Below are positions 9,466-18,300 of a stretch of DNA of 64,000 nucleotides, piece by piece. The DNA lies in the IMG/VR virus record IMGVR_UViG_3300001041_000009, positions 1 through 64,000 of that record, one strand, 5' to 3'. Origin of the DNA: an uncultured virus (IMG/VR IMGVR_UViG_3300001041_000009). Lineage: Duplodnaviria; Heunggongvirae; Uroviricota; Caudoviricetes. Both the position numbers and the translations under genes were made by a program. The notes under the pieces are model-generated. The model was given only the letters and a program-made list of their open reading frames with translations, was not told the origin of the DNA and searched no databases. Each line of letters begins with the position of its first letter. Within the stretch, counting starts at the first letter, position 1.

Positions 9466-10179
9466 TTATCTGAAAACTATAGAGTGTTTTAACTGTTGTT
9501 TTACATATTCCATTACCTCAGCATCAGGATTGATAATATATCTAATACAATGTATATCAGTCTTAACAGCAGCCATTTGCACTTCTTTACTAGGATGGGC
9601 AAATCTTTTAATAGTAGAACAATCCTTTTGTACAGCTAATATGGCTACCTCCATACTGAATACTTTAATGAACTCCATAGCTCGTGCATCCTGTTTTACG
9701 GCAGCCATTTGGATATTTTTAGCAGGTTGTCTAATATACTTAATAGCACAACCACTTTGCTCTACAGCAGTAAGTTGAAGTTCTTTACTTGGATCTGAAA
9801 TATATCGAATGGCGTAACCATTCTGTTGAACAGCAATAGTTTGTAACTGAATAGAAGGATTTTTAATGAACTTAATAGAAGTCCCTTCTTCAAGTACAGC
9901 CGCCAATTGAACCTCTTCACATGGGTCTGGTATGTAACGAATAGCTACTCCATTCTGCTCAACTGCAGCTATCTGAACTTCTTTACATGGATTATTGATA
10001 TAACGAATAAGTCTTCCATCTGTCCGTACGACTTTTAATTGGAGATTAACACTTGGATTTTCAATGAACTGGATAACATAACCTGCTGTGGTTACGGCAG
10101 CTAGTTTAACCTCTTCACTCGGATCTTTAATGGTTAAGATGTTTAAAGGATCTTTGATTACTAATAATGTATTATTCAT
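9466..10179 (-). CDS. DUF4116-like 24-aa repeat protein
   Basis: About nine repeats; RBS AGGAGG. Confidence 0.85.
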   Translation of the reverse strand: MNNTLLVIKDPLNILTIKDPSEEVKLAAVTTAGYVIQFIENPSVNLQLKVVRTDGRLIRYINNPCKEVQIAAVEQNGVAIRYIPDPCEEVQLAAVLEEGTSIKFIKNPSIQLQTIAVQQNGYAIRYISDPSKELQLTAVEQSGCAIKYIRQPAKNIQMAAVKQDARAMEFIKVFSMEVAILAVQKDCSTIKRFAHPSKEVQMAAVKTDIHCIRYIINPDAEVMEYVKQQLKHSIVFR

Positions 10180-10211
10180 CTTTAAATTCCTCCTAAATAT
10201 TTATTTTGAAT

Positions 10212-10733
10212 TTAATATCCCCTCTTTTTTAATTCACTTCTAGCGTATTCTACTACACTAGGATCAGGTTTATCAATAACACATAACGCGAAAGGACAAT
10301 TTTTAATTGCCGCTAATTGTACATCAATACTAGGTGTTTTAATAAATCTGATTACCATACCGAAACTTTCCACAGCAGTTAATTGAACCTCTTCACTTGG
10401 ATTTCCAATACTTCTAATGATATCTGGATTTAATCGCACCATTTGTAAATCTATTGATTCTTCCATAATACCATCATAAATATCTATTTCCATATCTAAA
10501 TCAATGTATTCATCACTTAATATAATAGGACATTTTGCTGTGGATAAAAGCTCTTCAAATTCTTGCTTGGTAATAATAGTAGATGGTCTATATGATTTAT
10601 GTATAGAACTAGGTCTACTTTTATGAATATAGTAAGACTCACTCCTTTCAATTTTCGTGGCGACCAAATCTGCCAGTTCTACAACCCTATATGTTTTGAA
10701 AAATGTTATGAAACGAAATTTATTTCTATCCAT
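10212..10733 (-). CDS. protein with a unique N-terminus and C-terminal DUF4116-like repeats
   Basis: Repeats only in the last ~80 aa. Confidence 0.75.
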   Translation of the reverse strand: MDRNKFRFITFFKTYRVVELADLVATKIERSESYYIHKSRPSSIHKSYRPSTIITKQEFEELLSTAKCPIILSDEYIDLDMEIDIYDGIMEESIDLQMVRLNPDIIRSIGNPSEEVQLTAVESFGMVIRFIKTPSIDVQLAAIKNCPFALCVIDKPDPSVVEYARSELKKRGY

Positions 10734-10747
10734 TTATAAACACCCCT

Positions 10748-11299
10748 TTAATTTATTTCAGAATGATAATCCAATTTCTTTAATTCATGCCTAACATATT
10801 CTGATATGGCAGGATCTGGATTATCAATCATATTAATAGTTGAAATCTGACTCTTTACAGCAATCAACTGAATACTTTTATCAGGATCTTTGATGTACTG
10901 TATGGCTTCGGGATTTTGTCTTACAGCAAGTAATTGAACTGATCTGATTGGATCTTTGATATACTTAATAACAAGGCCATTTTCCTTAACTGCAATAAGT
11001 TGAACTTTTATGTGTGGATTGGTAATAAATTGGATAGCACATTCGTTTTGTCGTACAGCTACAATTTGAACATCCTTATCCGGGTTTTGGATATACTTAA
11101 TTACATTTCCATCTCTTCGGACCACAGTAAGTTGAACTTCTTTATCTGGATTCTTAATATACTGGATAATATAACCAGACTCCCGTGTTGCGGCTAATTG
11201 CAAATTCCTACTTGGATTTTTAACAAGTTTAATGTATAAAGGATTCTCCTTTATTAAAGATAATGTTGATCGTATCAATTGATTAGTCTCAGATGTCAT
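10748..11299 (-). CDS. DUF4116-like 24-aa repeat protein
   Basis: About six repeats. Confidence 0.85.
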   Translation of the reverse strand: MTSETNQLIRSTLSLIKENPLYIKLVKNPSRNLQLAATRESGYIIQYIKNPDKEVQLTVVRRDGNVIKYIQNPDKDVQIVAVRQNECAIQFITNPHIKVQLIAVKENGLVIKYIKDPIRSVQLLAVRQNPEAIQYIKDPDKSIQLIAVKSQISTINMIDNPDPAISEYVRHELKKLDYHSEIN

Positions 11300-11421
11300 C
11301 TCAATTCCCCCTAAATAATTTATGTATTTACTGATCTATAATATATAGTTGAATAGAATATTAAATATTACAAAAAAAATAAAGAATACGAATTAATGTA
11401 TTCTTTATTTAATGATACTAA

Positions 11422-11895
11422 TTATTTATAGTTAAACGTCCCATCAAATAGCCAACTATTTTGTTGTATAATTACCATCTGAACATCATCGTCTGGGTCT
11501 TCAATAATTTGGATAGACAATTCTTTGTTTTTCACAAACCCTAGTAATATATCCCTATTGGGATTTTTAACATGATTCATACTATATCCATTAGAGCTCA
11601 TATGTATTAAATCCAAATCTTTATGTGGATCTATAATATGATAAAAATTTGTATCGACATCCATTTCAAATATGAAGAGCTGAGTCTTATTGCTACCATC
11701 CTTAATAAACCCCACAAAGAATTTAGATCTATGGTCATACCATAGTGCTGCTAATTTTATATCACTATCAATATTGTCAGTAAATTGAATACTGACAGCA
11801 TATTTTTGAATAGCCGCCTTTTGTAAAGTAATATCCGGCTTATCAACTAATAGGATATTTATTGGGTGTATTTTTATAAGCTCCAGATCAGTCAT
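11422..11895 (-). CDS. degenerate DUF4116-like repeat protein
   Basis: MTDLELIKIHPINI N-terminus; decayed repeats. Confidence 0.7.
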   Translation of the reverse strand: MTDLELIKIHPINILLVDKPDITLQKAAIQKYAVSIQFTDNIDSDIKLAALWYDHRSKFFVGFIKDGSNKTQLFIFEMDVDTNFYHIIDPHKDLDLIHMSSNGYSMNHVKNPNRDILLGFVKNKELSIQIIEDPDDDVQMVIIQQNSWLFDGTFNYK

Positions 11896-12074
11896 TTAAC
11901 ATCACCCCATTGTTGCATAAATGTATAATCTCGTGGATCTAATTCATCACCGACCTGGACACTAAAATGGCCACATTCAATATTAATATCTTTTAGATAT
12001 ATGAATATTCCTGGGTTTTTAATACGTAGCTGGCACAAACAATCGTCAATTATTAATTTCACATCATCGTCCAC
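11892..12074 (-). CDS. hypothetical protein
   Basis: 60-aa ORF behind RBS AAGGGG and the early motif at 12106; overlaps the next start by ATGA. Confidence 0.6.
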   Translation of the reverse strand: MDDDVKLIIDDCLCQLRIKNPGIFIYLKDINIECGHFSVQVGDELDPRDYTFMQQWGDVK

Positions 12075-12120
12075 TATATTACATCCCCTTTCTATATACT
12101 AATATAATATATACTTAAAA

Positions 12121-12923
12121 AAATAAAGAATACGAATTATCATATTCTTTATTTCATAGATTACAAATTCTTTAATAGTTCTTGTTTCACGTACTCTAAT
12201 ACATCAGGATGGGGATTATTGATATATCTGATTGAGTTGATATCATGCTCAACGGAATACAATTGAACTTTTGGATGTGGATCTTTGATATTTTTAATGG
12301 TATTTGTAAAATATTCTCGTCGAAATTTCATAATCTCTTTATATTCGTCTTCAAAAGGGGATTTGAATTGATAGCTATCTTGTTTGAATGCCATTATTTG
12401 TATATGGGGTTCTGGATTTTCAATACACTGAATAGCCCGGCCCCCTCCACCATGTATAATAGCCGCTCTTTGAACAGGCATATTTGGATCTTTAATGAAG
12501 CGAATACTCATAGAATTACTATATACAGCAATTAATTGCATTTCAAAATCAGGATCTGCAATAAACTGAATTGCATCACCGTTATTTCTAACAGCACACT
12601 CTTGGACTTCACGGTTAGGGTTGATGATAAATTGTAACAATAACCCGTCTTTATTTACTGTAGCTAACTGCACATCAACATCTGGATTCTCAATAAGTAT
12701 AATGTTTAAAGGATTCTTCTGCACCATTTCTAAATCTGTTAATTTTTCCATTAATAAATTCCTCCTAAATTTTATTTCTTTACTAATATATAATATATAG
12801 TTGAATAGATTATTAGATTTAATAAAAAATAAAGAGTATGAATTATCATATTCTTTATTTCATAGATTACAAATTCTTTAATAGTTCTTGTTTTACATAC
12901 TCTAATACATCAGGATGGGGATT
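12121..12923. repeat. ~97-bp near-identical direct repeat (12121-12217 and 12827-12923): gene 3' end plus terminator
   Basis: ATTATCATATTCTTTATTTCATAGATTACAAATTCTTTAATAGTTCTTG... occurs twice, 706 bp apart. Confidence 0.85.
12161..12751 (-). CDS. DUF4116-like 24-aa repeat protein
   Basis: MEKLTDLEMVQKNPLNI...HPDVLEYVKQELLKNL. Confidence 0.85.
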   Translation of the reverse strand: MEKLTDLEMVQKNPLNIILIENPDVDVQLATVNKDGLLLQFIINPNREVQECAVRNNGDAIQFIADPDFEMQLIAVYSNSMSIRFIKDPNMPVQRAAIIHGGGGRAIQCIENPEPHIQIMAFKQDSYQFKSPFEDEYKEIMKFRREYFTNTIKNIKDPHPKVQLYSVEHDINSIRYINNPHPDVLEYVKQELLKNL

Positions 12924-13586
12924 GAATAAATGTGTAATAAAATTAATACTCTGTTTTACAGCGATCATTTGAATCTCAACTGATGGATTTTCAATACATC
13001 GAATGACATTGCCATCTTGTTGAACTGCAATAAGTTTTAATGCATCTGAAGGTTCCCCAAAGCAACTGATGGCAAATCCATTTTGTTGTAGAGCCATAAC
13101 GCAAATGTCATCATCAGGATGAACGATCCATCGAATGGCATAACCTGATTCTTGTACTGCGGCTATTTGTACATCCTTATCTGGGTTTTTGATATATTCA
13201 ATAACATCCCCATCATTACTCACCGCAGCCAACTGGACCTTTTTACTTGGATCTTTAATGAATTGAAGGGCGTATGCATTTTCTTTGACCGCAAGTAATT
13301 GTAATTCTTCACTCGGGTCTTTAATATATTGGATAGCAAATCCGTCAATACTTACTGCTGTTGATTTCACGTCCATGTCTGGATTTTTAATATATTTGAT
13401 TATATCGTCACTATCAAATTTACTACTAGATAATGCTTTTATTTGCACATCTTTATCAGGACTCTCAATAAACTGAATATTACTACCCTCATTTGTAACG
13501 ACTACCATTTGAATCTCCTTAGTTGGGTTTTTAATAAGTAAAATGTTTAAAGGATTCTTCTGCACCATTTCTAAATCAGTCATCAA
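12867..13586 (-). CDS. DUF4116-like 24-aa repeat protein
   Basis: About nine repeats; C-terminus identical to that of 12161..12751. Confidence 0.85.
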   Translation of the reverse strand: MMTDLEMVQKNPLNILLIKNPTKEIQMVVVTNEGSNIQFIESPDKDVQIKALSSSKFDSDDIIKYIKNPDMDVKSTAVSIDGFAIQYIKDPSEELQLLAVKENAYALQFIKDPSKKVQLAAVSNDGDVIEYIKNPDKDVQIAAVQESGYAIRWIVHPDDDICVMALQQNGFAISCFGEPSDALKLIAVQQDGNVIRCIENPSVEIQMIAVKQSINFITHLFNPHPDVLEYVKQELLKNL

Positions 13587-14458
13587 TTAACACTTCCTTT
13601 ATCGTCATTTAATTTATCACGAAGTTTTTGTTTTACATATTCTAATACTTCTGAGTGCGGAGTATTAATATATTTAATATTATCAATATCAATTTCAACA
13701 GCCTTCAGTTGAATACACATATCTGGATTTTCAATATATCTAATAAAACTAACATTCATGGAAATTACAACTTCTTGTATCTCTATACTTGGATCTTTAA
13801 TAAATTGAATAGTTGGCGCATCTGATATAACTGCAGCTTCCTGGATATCCTCATCGGGGTTTTTGATATATTGAATGTTACGCCCATAATATACCACAGC
13901 GATTAATTGGACCTCTTTAGTCGGTTCTTTAATAAATTTAATAGAAATTGGCCTCTTTGTAACAGCAACTAACTGAACCTCCTCACTGGGATTGTCTATA
14001 TATTTGATATTGCGACTTTTTCGTTTAACTGCCTCTAGTTGAATTGTTACATCGGGATTATTGATATATTTAAAATACTTCCCGTTAGGGGAATGATTCA
14101 ATACTTGATATTGTGCAGATAATGCTGGATTTTTTATTAAACTGATATAGGTAGGATTAATTTTGACTAGGATTTGTTGAATTTCCTCATGTGGATCTGA
14201 TATAAATTTAATATAAGCCCAAGATTGATTTATAGCGATTAACTGGACTTCAATATCTGGGTTCATAATAAATTTAATATTACGACCAGTTTCAATAACA
14301 GCAGCGCGTTGAACATCCTTATCTGGGTTTTTAATAAACCGGATATATTTTCCATTATGATTGACTGCAATTAATTGAACCTCTTTACTAGGATTCTCAA
14401 TAAACATGATATTTAAAGGATTTTTCTGCATCATTTCTAAATCTGTTAATTTTTCCAT
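13583..14458 (-). CDS. DUF4116-like 24-aa repeat protein
   Basis: About eleven repeats; N-terminus and RBS nearly identical to those of 12161..12751. Confidence 0.85.
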   Translation of the reverse strand: MEKLTDLEMMQKNPLNIMFIENPSKEVQLIAVNHNGKYIRFIKNPDKDVQRAAVIETGRNIKFIMNPDIEVQLIAINQSWAYIKFISDPHEEIQQILVKINPTYISLIKNPALSAQYQVLNHSPNGKYFKYINNPDVTIQLEAVKRKSRNIKYIDNPSEEVQLVAVTKRPISIKFIKEPTKEVQLIAVVYYGRNIQYIKNPDEDIQEAAVISDAPTIQFIKDPSIEIQEVVISMNVSFIRYIENPDMCIQLKAVEIDIDNIKYINTPHSEVLEYVKQKLRDKLNDDKGSVN

Positions 14459-14491
14459 TAATAAATTCCTCCTAATATTTTATTCTTTTAT

Positions 14492-15229
14492 TTAATGTTT
14501 CTTTAGATCAGTCACTGTAGATACGTCTAATATGAGATTGCAACTAATATGTTTATTATGATTCACATTATTAGCATTTGTAATTCTTTCCCTTTCTTTC
14601 ATTAATTCTAATAATACATATTCTGTAACTTCAGAGTCTGGATTATCAATTAATGTAAGCGATCTAAGATTTTGTTTTACAGCTATTAACTGTAAATCTT
14701 TCGATGGGTTTTTAATAAATTGGATAGCATCACCATCTTTTTCCAATGCTAATATTTGTACATCAATATCAGGGTTATTGATATATTTAATAGCACATCC
14801 ACTTTCATTAACAGCTATTAATTGCAGACCTTTATCCGGACTAGCTATAAACTTAATAGCATATCCATTTTGTTTAAGCGCTACACTTTGTATAATTCTA
14901 GTTGGTTCTTTAATATACTGAAGTGCAAGACCATGGGCTGAAACTGCAGCGCATTGGATCGGTTTACTTGGATCTATAATTTGTTCAATAGCAGTAGGAT
15001 CATACTTTACTGCTAATAACTGCACTTCAGTATCGGGATTTTTAATATACTTAAGAGCTTCACAATTTTGTCTTACAGCAGCTAATTTGATTTCATTATC
15101 TGGATCATCAATGTATCTGATCATAAGGCCATTTTTTTTGACAGTTGCTAATTGAACTTCTTTACTGGGAGGATTCTGGAGAATTAAAATATTTAGGTGA
15201 TTCATCTTCACTATTTCTAAATCTGTCAT
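14492..15229 (-). CDS. DUF4116-like 24-aa repeat protein
   Basis: About eight repeats; early motif at 15268. Confidence 0.85.
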   Translation of the reverse strand: MTDLEIVKMNHLNILILQNPPSKEVQLATVKKNGLMIRYIDDPDNEIKLAAVRQNCEALKYIKNPDTEVQLLAVKYDPTAIEQIIDPSKPIQCAAVSAHGLALQYIKEPTRIIQSVALKQNGYAIKFIASPDKGLQLIAVNESGCAIKYINNPDIDVQILALEKDGDAIQFIKNPSKDLQLIAVKQNLRSLTLIDNPDSEVTEYVLLELMKERERITNANNVNHNKHISCNLILDVSTVTDLKKH

Positions 15230-15328
15230 TAATAAATTCCTCCTAATTTTTATTTCTTTACTAGTATATAATATATAGTTGTAAACATTATTACTTTCTA
15301 CTCTACAATCATTATTTTACGATTTATC

Positions 15329-15340
15329 AACAATCACATA
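15329..15340 (+). promoter_or_regulatory. late-type promoter AACA-N6-TA (representative copy)
   Basis: AACA-ATCACA-TA. Same pattern before gene starts at 8346(-), 26055, 29457, 39344, 43465(-), 49310(-), 49717, 52492, 54761 and 62552(-). Matches the AR9 late consensus. Confidence 0.7.
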
Positions 15341-15374
15341 AGAGTATTAAATCTAGGGATAGGAGTGATATAAT

Positions 15375-18300
15375 TTGAATAGTGTTTCTAGTACACCGCA
15401 TCTAAAATTATATAAACAGAAAACGGTTTTAGATGTAAATCCCAAAACACCCACATTACACAGCCTAGTTCTTATCAATAACAATACTTTACAATCATCT
15501 ATTAACCTTATTAATAATCCTCTAATATATCATAACAATAAATTCCATTATTATTTTATCGATCAATCATATAAAGGTAAATTATTCAATAAAACATATA
15601 GATCATTAGTTAATAAGGAGAGACAGTTAATCTATTCTGAAGTAAATTCTAAATTATCATTTATTAATACACCGACTCAGTTAGATAGTATTGATGGTAA
15701 GAATGTTTATGTGGATTTATCTAAATATAATGAGATCTTTTTTAAATATGGAGTAAAGATAAAATTTAATGTTAAGATATTAGCTTATATGGATTTAATA
15801 AAGTCTATATTGGTGGATTCTAAATATGATGAGTATAATCTTAAAACTATATGTATCGATGCCGATAGTTGGGTAAAGAATGTTAGAGCGTCAATGAAAC
15901 AAAAGATGGTATTAAATAATCCTGTATTTATTATCTATTATGCTATGCATAAGTTCTTTAAGAAGTTTCAAGAACTTGGAGATATCAATATATTAATTTA
16001 TGGTGGAAATACTATGATACGAGTCAATCCATCATTATGTGATGATAAATCTTATACGGTATTAAGAAGAGAATTAATTAAGATTGCACCTGATATGAAT
16101 ATTACCGATAACGATAAAGACCTAGATAGACAAATTGAAGTTCAAGAAATTAGAGATGATCTTCTGGGTAAATTCTTATATACATTCGGTTTTACTGGGA
16201 ATCATCCAGATGATCCTCAAGATGAAGATGAAGAAGTTTCTGAAGGAGATAACGATGAAGAATTTCAGGAAGCTATTACTTCTAGAATAGATGAGTTAGT
16301 TAATTCACCTGAAGCCAAAACCCAAACTACAAAGGAATTAAAAGATAAATTGGAGAATGTATTAGTTAATGACGAGAAGTTATTAAAGGAAATCTATACA
16401 CTTAATCAGGAAAAGAAAGTTGGTAGAACTCCTCAGTCATTAAAAAGAGATATTGAGTTAAGAGAAAATCAAAAGAATATTATGTTGGGTAAAATGACTT
16501 TAGATGAAGCCAGAAATATTAAATTAAAAGAATCTTTTATTCCGTCAATTGATGTGACGAGTAATGTTAATACTATTAACAAAAATATGACTGGAATTAA
16601 ATATCCTTTCTTTGAAAAGTCGTATAATGAAAATCTGTATCATGCTGATGTTGCCAATACATTAACATGTTTAAATGATAAGGGCCTTCCTGTATTTGTT
16701 AGAAAGATAGACGTTGAAGATAGCTCTGATGAATTAAATTACAGAGAGACTTTTTCGGTTGAACTTGAAGATTCAAATAGAGTCCGACATAAATTAAAGT
16801 TTGATATGCCTAAGTTTATTGATGATAAATTCTTATATCTAAATGGTAATAAGAAGATTATCAATAAGCAATTGTTCTCTAAACCTGTAATAAAGATTGG
16901 GCCCGATAAGGTTCAGGTTTGTAGTAACTATAAAAAAATCTTTATTATGAGATATGGCAACAAAGTTTCATCCAAAATAGAAAGATTTAAGAAAGTCATA
17001 TCTATACCCAGATCTGGTGTAATTATCAAATATGGTAATAATGCCAATAATAACTCTAAGTACAAATCTCTATTGGAATATGATGAATTATCGAAATATA
17101 TCTCATATATTAAAATATCAAATTGTGAGTTCTATTTTGATCAAAACGAAGTTCATGATTTATTAGTTAAATATAAAACTAAACTTAAAGAAGATGAGTT
17201 CTGTATTGGATTTTTCATAAATCCTCGTAGTCCTATCATTATGAACTATAGTACTCAACGTATGGGTAATTTCGATATTGTTGATTTTATAATGTCAGTA
17301 TCTTCAGGTGAAGCATTCAAAGAATTTGAAGATACTAAAGCTGGCAAAAAGTTTTCTTACACAAGAGCGTATATTATGAAAAAAAATGTACCATTAGTAT
17401 TATTATTAGGGTATGTAGAGGGTTTAACCTCAGTGCTGAAGAAAGCCAATATCAAACATCAATTTGTTGATAAACGACCAAAACTTGCTGATAATGAAAA
17501 TTCAATTCAATTTTCAGATGGGTATCTTGTATATGATGTGAATCCCTTTGAGAATTCTTTATTAATGAATGCCTTTGTCGATGTACCTACTAAAGCATTC
17601 GAATATACAGATTTTGATGATAAGGAAACGTATCTAACAATATTTGATACCATGTTTAATACTAAGATAATCGGTAACGCTTTTGATAACTTTTATGAGT
17701 TTTTAATAGATCCAATCACCAAAGAAGTTCTAGAAGACTTAAATTATCCTACAGATTTTGTAAGTTTAATGTTATTTGCCAATGCTTTATTATCTGATAA
17801 TTCATATATTAATGAAAAGGATATGAGTCTTTATAGGATTCGTTCCAATGAGGTAGTAAGTGCAATTTTATATCAAGGTATTGCTCAGCAGTATAGTAGG
17901 TATAAAGCAACTGCTAACAACAATAATCCAGTCCGTATTTCACTTCCCAGGGATTACGTAACTAAAGAATTATTAATGGGTCAGACGATTGAAGATTATT
18001 CTACACTAAATCCCATAGTTGAATTTTTCGTAGTTCCATTATGTAGTGATATATAATGCAAACTTCTTTAATTGCAGGAAACCCCTTAGTGCTTTATAAT
18101 ATAAAGATTGGACAATCTGCATCCAATATTCTATATGATAGAATAAGGTTCAACGACTAACTTATAGGGCTCAAGTGAGTGGAAGTTAATTCCTTAAACT
18201 GAAACGGGAAGCATCTCAATGGAGATGATGATATAGTCTGAACATCTATTGAAAAATAGAGAAAGATAACATCTTTACATTATCTAACAAATAATGTTAA

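Noticed and set aside
56..13476. Short plus-strand ORFs overlapping the repeat genes
   Set aside because: Shadow frames of the minus-strand genes with no independent signals
296..15229. Diversity-generating retroelement or CRISPR array behind the repeats
   Set aside because: No reverse transcriptase, no adenine-specific TR/VR pair, and no constant repeat with unique spacers; the repeats are protein-coding
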